Source: a virus (taxonomy: Duplodnaviria > Caudoviricetes). From it: a DNA stretch of 64,000 bases. The stretch lies in the IMG/VR virus record IMGVR_UViG_3300031151_000426; one strand, written 5' to 3'. The notes below the pieces were generated by a model. That model was not told the DNA's origin. It saw only the letters and a program-made list of their open reading frames with translations, and did no database searches. Each line of letters begins with the position of its first letter. Position 1 is the first letter of the stretch. This document shows positions 48,572-57,492 of this stretch, piece by piece. The translations under genes and the position numbers were made by a program.

Positions 48572-48817
48572 ACGCTTACCTGAAATCGAGTGCTGTTTAT
48601 ATTTTGTTCAAAATTATTTTTCCGCATTTTGCGTGCGGAATAATTCTGAGAAAAAATCTGCTCCGGGGCCGCAAGCCTGCTGGGTTTAAGTGCGGAATTA
48701 AAAACGTCAAAAAATGCGGAGTTATCTATTTTCCGTAAAAACTGCGATTTGATGCCCGGAGGCCGCGCAGAATGGGGAGATAGTGGATCGCCCTAATATT
48801 TCCACTATGTGGATAAC

Positions 48818-49831
48818 TCAGTCCAAATCCATCTCCACCACCTCACCGAACAGGTGACCGTATACGTCCATTGTTGTTTTGATGTTCGAATGCCCAATAA
48901 GTCGGGAAACCTTCAAGATATCGACGCCTTTGTTTGCCAGTCGAGATACAGCAAAGTGGCGAAGATGATGGAATCGCTTAATGCCATAGTCGTTCAGAGT
49001 TCTGACGAGAACGCCCTGAGTGCCGTAACTGGTAGCGAGGCATGCGCCGGTAAACTTGTTGCAGATAAGAGGCTCAGAGGTACCGAGTTTACTTTTATCC
49101 AGCAACGCGAAAAGCTCACGCGGCATCCGTACCCGGCGCTCCACTCCTCTTTTCAGTCCCTCATGTATAACGCCGTCAACAACATGCCCCCGAATGTCGA
49201 TCCAGTCGGCTGATACGTCGTTATACGTAACCGCCAGAGCCTCACCGATGCGCAGGCCACAAATCCCGAGCCAGCACGCGATACGCTCACGAACTGGCGC
49301 GTTATTCAGTAGCTCCCTGACCGATGATGATGGCGGTATGGTGATAGGCCGACGCTTCCGGCGCGCGGGACGGTCAACAGGGTTAAAAGTGATGAGCCGC
49401 TTTTCCACCAGCAGGAAAAAAGCCGAACGAATCCAGCGATGGCAGCCGGTGCGAACCGAATCAACGATATCGCGATGGCTGATATGGAGAATGTTTTTTT
49501 CCAGTATCGGCCCGTCTACAGCGAGAAGATCGTGACGGCATTTCGTATATGACGAGAGCCGTATGATATTTTTTTCCAGCTTGCCGGCCTGATACCCCAG
49601 ATAAAACAGAATTAACTTTCGGAAAGACCAGGAATGGTCTATTCCGGTCCAGCTGGCAGTTCGACAATCCAGCTCGATATTCTGTTTTTGCCAGAAAAGA
49701 TGTGCAGCATCATCAATATTCTTAAAAATGCGACGGCGTCCATGACCGGATTTCTCATCCTTCCAGTGGACGTAATATTTTGATTGTCCATTGGCATCAG
49801 TGGATTCTTTTATCGAAGCCATGCTGAACAA
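48818..49831 (-). CDS. Second tyrosine recombinase, in the late operon
   Basis: GLRIGE (R), K, HHLRH, IGHS and T..VYGH: complete catalytic set. Confidence 0.9.
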   Translation of the reverse strand: MFSMASIKESTDANGQSKYYVHWKDEKSGHGRRRIFKNIDDAAHLFWQKQNIELDCRTASWTGIDHSWSFRKLILFYLGYQAGKLEKNIIRLSSYTKCRHDLLAVDGPILEKNILHISHRDIVDSVRTGCHRWIRSAFFLLVEKRLITFNPVDRPARRKRRPITIPPSSSVRELLNNAPVRERIACWLGICGLRIGEALAVTYNDVSADWIDIRGHVVDGVIHEGLKRGVERRVRMPRELFALLDKSKLGTSEPLICNKFTGACLATSYGTQGVLVRTLNDYGIKRFHHLRHFAVSRLANKGVDILKVSRLIGHSNIKTTMDVYGHLFGEVVEMDLD

Positions 49832-49889
49832 TCCTCACTCAAAAAGCATTACATAAACCACTTAGTGAATGGCTTTTGTAATGCCAATG

Positions 49890-49913
49890 AAAAAAGCCAC
49901 TTCAAGTGGCTTT
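49890..49913 (-). terminator. Terminator upstream of the late recombinase
   Basis: AAAGCCAC-TTCAA-GTGGCTTT plus U-run. Confidence 0.75.
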
Positions 49914-49948
49914 GTGATGTCAATGTAACGTCTTGAGGGAGCTAACCC

Positions 49949-50149
49949 TCATTTATTCATCGCTGCCTGAATCGCATCTGCCAACGCATCAATGTTAGCA
50001 ATTGCATGCTTCATATCCCTATCGAGCTTTTCTTTACCGTCATAGTTAGTTGAGGCGGATACTGATGATTTAATGATTTCAAGCGCGGCATTAACAATCT
50101 CACCACGGTTTCGTTCTTCTTTAGTTGAGTAAGCGTAATTCTCAAACAT
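49949..50149 (-). CDS. Small hypothetical protein (moron-like)
   Basis: 66 aa, GGAG SD, AT-rich upstream region. Confidence 0.65.
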   Translation of the reverse strand: MFENYAYSTKEERNRGEIVNAALEIIKSSVSASTNYDGKEKLDRDMKHAIANIDALADAIQAAMNK

Positions 50150-50250
50150 GTCTAATCTCCATATAAACCATGCGTTTCATGGTGCTTTTATATTGGTGAT
50201 GAAATCATTAATTTCAATACGTTGAGCTACTTAAATTTTCAAACTGTGCA

Positions 50251-50766
50251 TCACTTCCGTTCTTGCTCGATTTGGCGTATACCAGCCAGCTGGTTATTCG
50301 CTTTTTCGATAGTGGCCAGCAGCGGCTTTATCCAGAGAACAGTCTGGCAATACGTCAGCGTGCTGGGGGGAGTGGCACGATCACCGGCTGCGTCAGCGTA
50401 CCCGGAATCGGTGTGCATTGCGCTGGCACGTAAACGGTGCGCGTATTCGAGCAGCCCACCAGCGACATCAGCAGGAACAGGCAGATCACAAGTCTTTTCA
50501 CGGCGGAGAATCTCCCGGTATTCGATAACAGTTTTTTCAGTGCTGACGTCAATCAGGGAATTCAGCATGTTGGCGTGTTCTGCAATCTGATTGAACCGAT
50601 TGAAGTTGAAGGCCTGAGTGGCAATAACCTGCCCCTGCAAAGCGTTGTCACTCCGTAAAACGTCGTTATCACTCTGTATGCTGCTGGCGTATGAGCAACT
50701 TTTAACGAGCGCGATTGAGAGACCCGCAATGATGACTACTGCTATTGGGAAAGGAGTCAATTTCAC
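50251..50766 (-). CDS. i-spanin (Rz/LysB-like)
   Basis: N-terminal TM segment plus coiled coil; follows endolysin. Confidence 0.8.
   Translation of the reverse strand: MKLTPFPIAVVIIAGLSIALVKSCSYASSIQSDNDVLRSDNALQGQVIATQAFNFNRFNQIAEHANMLNSLIDVSTEKTVIEYREILRREKTCDLPVPADVAGGLLEYAHRLRASAMHTDSGYADAAGDRATPPSTLTYCQTVLWIKPLLATIEKANNQLAGIRQIEQERK
50355..50501 (-). CDS. Embedded o-spanin-like lipoprotein
   Basis: GTG-KRLVICLFLLMSLVGC lipobox followed by a Pro-rich segment. Confidence 0.65.
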   Translation of the reverse strand: MKRLVICLFLLMSLVGCSNTRTVYVPAQCTPIPGTLTQPVIVPLPPAR

Positions 50767-50779
50767 AGGACATTCCACC

Positions 50780-51409
50780 TCAGACCAGCACGGATTTTGC
50801 CAGGTTAAACAGCGCGCGGCGTTTTTCAAGCCCGTTATTGCCGCCATTGATAAGCAGCGTTACGCGCTCAACATCGCCGGAGTGAAGCAGGCAACCGCGA
50901 GACACATAAAACCACGCAGCGGAACGGGCGGCGTGCTCATCAACCTCCAACAATTCAGGATGCGCCACCAAGTCAAGTTTTAGCGCCTGGCCGCAGCTGC
51001 GATAGTTGCTCAGACCAGTGATTTGCTTCAGTCCCCGACCGCGATATTTCCAGCCATCACCAGCGACCTGATTCCCCAGTTTCTCTTTGCCCCACTCGCC
51101 GCCGTATACCAGATTGGCAATCGCTTTCTGGTTGGCTGGTTGTGTTGCCGTTCTACCGAGCGCGGCTGCCTGCTGGGGAGAGATTCGGTGCCTGCCAAAT
51201 ATGGGGACCAGGTTTTCAGCCGCATAGTTCAGGCTTTCCACCAGCCGGGTATACCCGCCTGACTCATGCCCCATCTGTGCGATAAACATGGCCTGATCGA
51301 GCGGTGCCGTGATGCCGAATTCATTCATGGCAGCTTCGATCTGTGGAAACCAGCGCGAAGCGAGCCCGGCGCTAATGCCAGCCGCCTTTTGAAATTGTGA
51401 TTGGTTCAT
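50780..51409 (-). CDS. Endolysin, GH19 family
   Basis: AQMGHES, YRGRGLKQITG and INGG.NGL. Confidence 0.92.
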   Translation of the reverse strand: MNQSQFQKAAGISAGLASRWFPQIEAAMNEFGITAPLDQAMFIAQMGHESGGYTRLVESLNYAAENLVPIFGRHRISPQQAAALGRTATQPANQKAIANLVYGGEWGKEKLGNQVAGDGWKYRGRGLKQITGLSNYRSCGQALKLDLVAHPELLEVDEHAARSAAWFYVSRGCLLHSGDVERVTLLINGGNNGLEKRRALFNLAKSVLV

Positions 51410-51687
51410 TAGTGCCTCAGATGATCAACCAGGCGCGCCATATTTCCACGAACTTTCAGGACGGCGGCGAAGATAAGAATGTTTGCCACCACCACCAGCC
51501 AGCTGGAATCACGGTAAAGACCGAAGATGAACTGCAAGGGGATCGCGGCGTAAACCAGCACGGTTATGTACGCCAGAATAGAAATAAAGGGGCGATGCCG
51601 GGAACCATGTCGCTGGTAAAACATCAGCACGACGACGATGGCCGCGCAGATAAACGCATTAAAGACTGCTGACGGGTCAATTGCCAT
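51409..51687 (-). CDS. Three-TM holin-family protein (DUF754-like)
   Basis: Paralogue of 8846-9127. Confidence 0.8.
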   Translation of the reverse strand: MAIDPSAVFNAFICAAIVVVLMFYQRHGSRHRPFISILAYITVLVYAAIPLQFIFGLYRDSSWLVVVANILIFAAVLKVRGNMARLVDHLRH

Positions 51688-52066
51688 TTCCCCCTCCCCC
51701 GCGTAGCCGCGAGAAAAACCTGAACACGTTGTTCAGATCCTGGTTGTTAAGATAAGTGAGGATTTTTATACACAGGGCAGACAGAATCACTGCACCCAGT
51801 GCATCCAGAGGTTTTTCATAGTGCGAAGCAGCATTTAGCAGTGAGCCAATAAGTCCCGCCCCAAGCACCCCAACGATAAACGACGTCAGAAAATACCCCG
51901 CAAGTCGAGCACGAGACAGGTTTGTTGCTGTCGCGACGTAGAACACCGCTCCACCAAACGCACCAAACACCACACCGAAATCAGTGTGAGTGAAAAAACC
52001 GTACAGGACTGAACCCAGCAGTCCGCCGCTGAGTACTGCGCCGGTGCCGGTTAATGGATCGGACAT
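51677..52066 (-). CDS. Putative holin
   Basis: Paralogue of 9114-9509. Confidence 0.85.
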   Translation of the reverse strand: MSDPLTGTGAVLSGGLLGSVLYGFFTHTDFGVVFGAFGGAVFYVATATNLSRARLAGYFLTSFIVGVLGAGLIGSLLNAASHYEKPLDALGAVILSALCIKILTYLNNQDLNNVFRFFSRLRGGGGNGN

Positions 52067-52190
52067 TAAGCCCCCTCTTATTGCTATGTATCCTCTCAGA
52101 TAAATTGAGGGGAAATGAAAAAGGCCACGCAAGTGCGCAGCCATTAGGTTAAGGTTTGATCAACGAAGCGATAGCGGTTATCATCGTCAC

Positions 52191-52297
52191 CGTCTGATAA
52201 CCTTTAAGCGTTTAGGGTTATCAGGTTGCTGGAACGGCCATATTATTCTCAGTATCTCTTCGCCCACCACCTAGTTTCCTTGTGTGGGCTTTTTTTT
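52191..52297 (+). ncRNA. Candidate sRNA of about 105 nt
   Basis: TTGATC-17-TATCAT promoter (52156-52184), 5' hairpin and GCCCA...TGGGC-T8 terminator, in a non-coding gap. Confidence 0.5.
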
Positions 52298-52348
52298 GCC
52301 CAAAGAAAAGGCCCACCGAAGTGAGCCTTTGATAACGCATTGAGTTCG

Positions 52349-52464
52349 TTGTGGTGCGGAGTGCCTCTCCGTGAACCTTTGGTCAGCCACCGTGGTCCGC
52401 ACAGATTAACGTCGATGAAGAGATTTGCTGTTTATGCCCCGCCGCACAGGGGGATTCACCACAA
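52349..52464 (-). ncRNA. Candidate structured RNA element
   Basis: Closing helix TTGTGGTG/CACCACAA with internal hairpins CCCC...GGGG and CGGAG-AGGCA-CTCCG. Confidence 0.45.
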
Positions 52465-52588
52465 TGAAAATTTAACATCCAGCTAATTTATATTCAATGC
52501 CTTTGGGTTTAGAGGCGATACTCACCCCATTGAATCTACGGAATTTCTCTCGCGCTCAATACGGATTTAGATGTATGCAATTTGTGAA

Positions 52589-52825
52589 TCAACTATTTTT
52601 TGCATTATCACGCCGATACAAAGCCCATTCCTCTATGCGTTCGCCTGAAGGTAAAGTGCAGTACCCAACTTCACCTTTGTCAGTTTTCACAATATCGAGT
52701 TTTCCTCCCTGCTTAACGCAGTATACCGAAGCTGGGTTCGCCATTCCGAGCACAGGTCTTTGTTCCTGTTGGGCAGAGCATCCTGCGGCAAGCATTACTG
52801 ACATGGTAAGGATCGCTTTCTTCAT
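52589..52825 (-). CDS. DUF333-like lipoprotein
   Basis: Lipobox AAGC; MANPASVYC...GG...C.LP.G...EEW.LYR. Confidence 0.88.
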   Translation of the reverse strand: MKKAILTMSVMLAAGCSAQQEQRPVLGMANPASVYCVKQGGKLDIVKTDKGEVGYCTLPSGERIEEWALYRRDNAKNS

Positions 52826-52875
52826 AACATCTCCTTTCTTAAAAAGACGATGTTAATCACCTCACACCAGAAAAG

Positions 52876-52971
52876 CAAAAACCCCGCCGAGGCAGGGTTT
52901 CAATGTTTGATTTCGTTTGGACGGTATCTTCCACGATTTGAAGCATACATGACAAGTTCGGACAAAATCAA
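52876..52971 (-). promoter_or_regulatory. pR' late promoter and tR' terminator of prophage 2
   Basis: TTGATT...TATGCT just after Q; hairpin plus U-run at 52876-52900. Confidence 0.6.
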
Positions 52972-52990
52972 GCTTAAAGTCGCTAATATG

Positions 52991-53794
52991 CTAAATTTTG
53001 TTCACATTATCACGAAAGCTCGTTGCGTCCTGAAACGCCGAGTCTGCTTTTTGTTCTTCCCTGTGGCAGACATCGACAAGCACCTCCAGAAACGGCTTCC
53101 AGTTACGGGTCCACGTTCTGACGTGCAGATCCGGGACTCGTTTCAGTATCACTTTATAGGCTGCAGTAGACGGCACCCCAGAAAATCCATTTCCGCTGCA
53201 GCGCTCGCAGGTTTTGAACACCGGCGCGCCACGCTCACTTGTGGCTTTGCGGTCGAGCACCTCACCTTTTCCGCCGCAACGGCATCGGGCCAACAGCTTA
53301 CCTTTACCGTTACATGCCGCGCATTTACGCTTGACCAGTTCGTGCTTGATTTTCGGCGGGACGATTTCCATTCCGTCAGAGTTGAAGACTCCGGGATATT
53401 TGATCACATCTTCATACTGAGAGGTTAATCCGCTGCCGCTACAGCTGTGACACGTCACGCTGGTTTCCGCTGAACGGGAGTATTCTGCAAAGGCGAATTG
53501 TGCCAGCATCTGCATGCACCATCCGAACTGCCCACCAGCTGCTTTGCGAACATTCTTTGGTGCCGCGTCCATCGCATATCGCGCCAGCGCCTGAACTGCG
53601 AGCTGTTCATCCGTTTTGCTGATACCAGCCTTTCCGAAGAAAGCAGCCAGGCCGAAGCGCGCACGGCTGCTGGTGGTGCCAATCGCCGCCATTACATCTG
53701 TACCGGTAAGACGATCCGGAGAGGTTCCTTTCACGTCGTCGCTGATGTGCATACCCTGAGGGCTGAAATGTTTGAGTGATGCTTCCAACTTCAT
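52991..53794 (-). CDS. Late antitermination protein Q
   Basis: K.FSP..., LTGTDVMAA.G, CxxCxGxG zinc fingers and W.RNWKPF. Confidence 0.88.
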   Translation of the reverse strand: MKLEASLKHFSPQGMHISDDVKGTSPDRLTGTDVMAAIGTTSSRARFGLAAFFGKAGISKTDEQLAVQALARYAMDAAPKNVRKAAGGQFGWCMQMLAQFAFAEYSRSAETSVTCHSCSGSGLTSQYEDVIKYPGVFNSDGMEIVPPKIKHELVKRKCAACNGKGKLLARCRCGGKGEVLDRKATSERGAPVFKTCERCSGNGFSGVPSTAAYKVILKRVPDLHVRTWTRNWKPFLEVLVDVCHREEQKADSAFQDATSFRDNVNKI

Positions 53795-54102
53795 TGAATG
53801 GTTTCTCCTTTCTCAGCAGTGCCAAACCAGCCTGGGTGCGCCCACTGGACATCAGTAACTTTCTCGCCGTTACCCCACAGAGTCAGAACACGAATAGCAA
53901 CGTAGTGCATAAGGATTTTTTCATGCTCTCGCCACTCATCATCTGGAGTGTCTTCAACAAATTCAGCGATTGCCTCAGCAACAAGACCGAAGCACTCAGG
54001 AAAGTCACTATGACCGATTGCGATGTCTTTGGCCGTTTCCTGAAGCTCCAAAAAACGCTGTTTGGTAAAGAGGTACGACATTTCTCTAATTAGGCGATCC
54101 AT
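53791..54102 (-). CDS. Hypothetical protein
   Basis: Coupled between helicase and Q. Confidence 0.65.
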   Translation of the reverse strand: MDRLIREMSYLFTKQRFLELQETAKDIAIGHSDFPECFGLVAEAIAEFVEDTPDDEWREHEKILMHYVAIRVLTLWGNGEKVTDVQWAHPGWFGTAEKGETIQ

Positions 54103-54104
54103 TT

Positions 54105-55976
54105 TTAATACCTCGTTGCGTTGGTGGCTTCCCACTCAATATCAAGTTCACTTTGCTGTTTGCCGGCCAGGTAATTGAAGGGCCCTTTATCACCTTCGAT
54201 AAACTGGTGAGAGCGAGAGTCGAAATTAGCTCCGATGTCACCGATCCACCCTTCCCCTTCTCGTTGCTTCAACAAACGAATCATTGAGGCGGGAAGATTG
54301 ATTGCGGCCTGTTCGTCTTTGTCGAGGCTCTCATAACCCATACGATCCGCTTTTCTCTGCGCCAGCTCACGGGGAATGTTGCGCCAAACGGCCATCACGT
54401 TGTCGGGCATATCCGTTAACGCACCAGTCCCTTTTACGTCCATCTTTCCGGTTGGAGCGGAGTCGTTTGTTTTTCTGGCATGAGTTACCAGCAGGACGTG
54501 ACAGTTATGCTCGTTCTTGAAGTCGCAAAGCGTATCGATGAAGTCCTTCTGACCTGTGTAGTCTTCTTCGTCTAAACCACATTTTGCCAGGTTATCTATG
54601 ACGAACAGCTCAATGCCATAGCGACGCCGGGCATAGGCAAAAATCTCAAGAAGCCGGTCGGCTTTGGCCGTTCCAGTGAGTTTGAATACCCAAAGGCGGT
54701 CAGAAAACCATTCGTTGGTCATAATGATTTCTTCACGCTTCGGTGAAGAGGTGCAGATGGTTTGCCGCGTGAGTCGGGCAAGCATTTTGCCGGGTTTCAG
54801 TTCCAGAGACGCAATGCATGTCCTTACGCCCTGACTCATTGCATCAATCGCGATATGTCCAACGAGCTCTGTTTTGCCATGCCCATTCACGCCATTGACG
54901 AGGGTCAGTTCACCGGCACGGAATTTAAAGTTGTTGTTCAGCGAAGCCCATGGGCTTGTAAACAGACCGGTATCCCGATGTTCGAATGCCTCGATAGTTT
55001 CCTGAAGCAAATCCCCTGCTGAGCAAAGCTCATCGGGATCGAAGAATTTAGCGCGCTCCATGTATTCCAGAATGGAGTCGCTGTCCATGCCGTTCATAAG
55101 GCAATCGTTGATGTCTTTGTGGGGAAGTTCAACCATGCGGCAACGATGCTCACCAAGACGTCTGGCGATTTCTTTTGCAGCTTCACGGCCTACATCGTCG
55201 TTGTCCAGGCACAGCCAGATTTCCTGGAAGCGATCGAGATTGTGGTATTCATATTCAATCCACTGCTGTTTGGCACCCTTGCCTCCGCCAAAGGGAACAG
55301 ACAGTGCATCATAGCCAAGCTGCGTGAAGGTCATGCAGTCAATCTCACCCTCGCACAGCACTACCAGGCGGGTGTTTTTATCCAGCGCCTGCCAGCCAAA
55401 CAGGCATGGTTCACAATCAGCTTCAGCCATGATCAGCTTTTTGCCGTTTGGCCGTTCAGTACCAATACGTTTTACCTGCAGCAGTTCGCCGTTCCGGATG
55501 TACGGGAATGCCACGGCAGGCACCTCGCGGTTTTCGTCGTGGTACCAGACCACCGCGTCTGTCACTTTAAAACGATCGGCAGTTTCACGGGTAAGGCCAC
55601 GCGAAGCGAGATAGTCGTAGCATTTACTGGCCGATTTAACGCCCTTCTTCGTCGGACGAGAGAACGTTTTTTTCTTCGCTTCAAAGTGGTGGTCGTCGTC
55701 TTTCAGGCCAAGAAACTCTTTCGCTTCTCGCATGGCGTCATGCAACTGACAGTTACGCACCAGAACCCAGAGATCCAGCAGGTCACCGCTGTCACCGCTG
55801 GCAAAGTCAGCCCATGACTTTTTACCGCCGATATTGACCTTGAGGCTTTTGCCTGAGTCACCGTTCGTATTGCCAGCACACCACTCTTTCCCCTCCAGAT
55901 GTCCTTTCGGGAGGAGAAATTTGGCGACGCGCTCGGCGTTATCCCATAGTTTTTCTGATAGTTCAGCAGGGGTCAT
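54105..55976 (-). CDS. Primase-helicase fusion (TOPRIM + DnaB-like)
   Basis: EGE.D, D.D..G, KD.ND; G.NGHGKT Walker A; IDNL; H.RK. Confidence 0.92.
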   Translation of the reverse strand: MTPAELSEKLWDNAERVAKFLLPKGHLEGKEWCAGNTNGDSGKSLKVNIGGKKSWADFASGDSGDLLDLWVLVRNCQLHDAMREAKEFLGLKDDDHHFEAKKKTFSRPTKKGVKSASKCYDYLASRGLTRETADRFKVTDAVVWYHDENREVPAVAFPYIRNGELLQVKRIGTERPNGKKLIMAEADCEPCLFGWQALDKNTRLVVLCEGEIDCMTFTQLGYDALSVPFGGGKGAKQQWIEYEYHNLDRFQEIWLCLDNDDVGREAAKEIARRLGEHRCRMVELPHKDINDCLMNGMDSDSILEYMERAKFFDPDELCSAGDLLQETIEAFEHRDTGLFTSPWASLNNNFKFRAGELTLVNGVNGHGKTELVGHIAIDAMSQGVRTCIASLELKPGKMLARLTRQTICTSSPKREEIIMTNEWFSDRLWVFKLTGTAKADRLLEIFAYARRRYGIELFVIDNLAKCGLDEEDYTGQKDFIDTLCDFKNEHNCHVLLVTHARKTNDSAPTGKMDVKGTGALTDMPDNVMAVWRNIPRELAQRKADRMGYESLDKDEQAAINLPASMIRLLKQREGEGWIGDIGANFDSRSHQFIEGDKGPFNYLAGKQQSELDIEWEATNATRY

Positions 55977-56083
55977 TAGACACTCCGTAAATCAAAATTG
56001 ATAAAGCACCACGTCACGAATCCCTCGCGCAGAACGCCGTGGTTATATCCGGCCACCAGCACACGCTTGAGGAGTAACTTCAT
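55976..56083 (-). CDS. Small protein (35 aa) coupling rep and helicase
   Basis: ATGA and TAATG overlaps on both sides; MKLLLKRVLVAGYNHG... Confidence 0.55.
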   Translation of the reverse strand: MKLLLKRVLVAGYNHGVLREGFVTWCFINFDLRSV

Positions 56084-57081
56084 GGGCGATACCCGCCACG
56101 GTTCATGCGATCGATTGCTGACTGATTTATAAACACCTCGGCAGAGCCATCGTCAGACTTTGCGTACCACTCGTAGCGAGACTGCTCTTGTCGCGTAGGG
56201 GGTCTGTTTGCCGGAGTCTCTACCAACCATGCTTCATCGAAATGTTTATCAGGTCCGAAGAACGTTGCCGCCTGCTTGACAAACGAAGTCCCGATCTTGC
56301 CCTCAGAAGCCATGAAAGCTGCATAGCGCTTAACCCCTTCCAGCATCGTCTCTGGTTTAACACCCTGCTTAATACGGGCGTTCCAGGCTTTAAACGCGCT
56401 TAGCTTGTTATTTCCACCGCTACGTTTTGGGTATGCCTGCCAGGCTTCTTCGAATGCAGGAGAATAATCATTTGAAGATTTCACTTTCGGTGTGTCGGCT
56501 TCAGCCGATGCACCAAAAGATTTATTCTCTGTATTAATCTTCTGTGTAGTCTCCTGGTAATCTACTGTATGAATGGATGCGGAATTTCCACATGACTGCT
56601 CGTTGGTTTTCCCCACACCTGCATGCTGGTTTTCCGCATCACTGTTTGCGGAATTTCCGCATCCTTGTTTGTTGGTTTTCCCCACACCTGCATGCTGGTT
56701 TTCCGCATCACTGTTTGCGGAATTTCCGCATCCTTGTTTGTTGGTTTTCCCCACACCTGCATGCTGGTTTTCACCAATGAGGAGCTCTTCCAAACGCTCC
56801 TGGTTTACTCTGAAATATAATTTCGCTGGGATGCCACGCTTTGCTTCTTCCAGTACGCCACAGGAAACCAACTTTTTACGCGCGCCCTCTTGCTCGTAAC
56901 GCGTTAAACCAGTCTCTTCTTCGAGATCTGTCTGGGTTTTGTAGAACCATTGGCCTTCCATGCGGTTCTGCCAGTAGACAATCTGAGACAATAGCAACGC
57001 ACCGGTGATGCCCACGCCAAGGCGAACGAAGGAACGTTGAAAGGCTATTGGACGATCAACGAGCTGTAAGAAATGGCTCAC
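56080..57081 (-). CDS. Replication initiator with internal repeat region
   Basis: LLSQ..YW, FYKT, FE.AW..YPKR and KQAATF.GP. Confidence 0.85.
   Translation of the reverse strand: MSHFLQLVDRPIAFQRSFVRLGVGITGALLLSQIVYWQNRMEGQWFYKTQTDLEEETGLTRYEQEGARKKLVSCGVLEEAKRGIPAKLYFRVNQERLEELLIGENQHAGVGKTNKQGCGNSANSDAENQHAGVGKTNKQGCGNSANSDAENQHAGVGKTNEQSCGNSASIHTVDYQETTQKINTENKSFGASAEADTPKVKSSNDYSPAFEEAWQAYPKRSGGNNKLSAFKAWNARIKQGVKPETMLEGVKRYAAFMASEGKIGTSFVKQAATFFGPDKHFDEAWLVETPANRPPTRQEQSRYEWYAKSDDGSAEVFINQSAIDRMNRGGYRP
56578..56772. repeat. 69-bp tandem repeat, about 2.8 copies (probable origin iterons)
   Basis: Unit starts at 56602, 56671 and 56740; encodes a 23-aa repeat ENQHAGVGKTNKQGCGNSANSDA. Confidence 0.9.
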
Positions 57082-57275
57082 TCCTCAACCCTCCTAAAAT
57101 AATTTTGGAACTTCCAGACAGGCTGCATGCATTCATACGGGTAATTCTGCCGGGTGAAGTACACCTGCTGCTTATCACTGTTCCAGCCGGTGACATGCAC
57201 AATCACACCGCGCGGATCGCGATAATCGATATCTAATGGCTTAATTTGGTTTTCGGTAGTGATCGATTGCGACAT
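57078..57275 (-). CDS. DUF4222-like small protein
   Basis: YRDPRG..VHV..W...VYF.R..Y..EC..P. Confidence 0.7.
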   Translation of the reverse strand: MSQSITTENQIKPLDIDYRDPRGVIVHVTGWNSDKQQVYFTRQNYPYECMQPVWKFQNYFRRVEE

Positions 57276-57276
57276 A

Positions 57277-57492
57277 TCACACCTTTGCGGATGGGTGAGG
57301 AAAAATTTCTTCGATCAACACCTTTCGATTTGATTTACTCAATGCGGAAGCAATGAGATGGCATGTCTCAATGTCAGGAACTCTCCTGCCAGATTCATAG
57401 TGGCAAATAGAGCTCTGAGTCTGGCCTATGCTATTCGCTAACTCACATTGCGTTAAGCCACTGGCGATACGTAGCTTTTTTAAATTGCTCAT
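57277..57492 (-). CDS. cro: Cro-like XRE HTH repressor
   Basis: LTQ.ELA..IG..QS.I..YE.GRR.P; divergent from cI. Confidence 0.85.
   Translation of the reverse strand: MSNLKKLRIASGLTQCELANSIGQTQSSICHYESGRRVPDIETCHLIASALSKSNRKVLIEEIFPHPSAKV

Noticed and set aside
48818-49831. Tail-fibre invertase/shufflon or a separate integrated element
   Set aside because: It is 20 kb from the single fibre gene, with no alternative fibre cassette and no flanking direct repeat visible; not fully excluded.
56578-56772. CRISPR array
   Set aside because: Head-to-tail 69-bp repeats with no unique spacers, in frame inside rep, and no cas genes.
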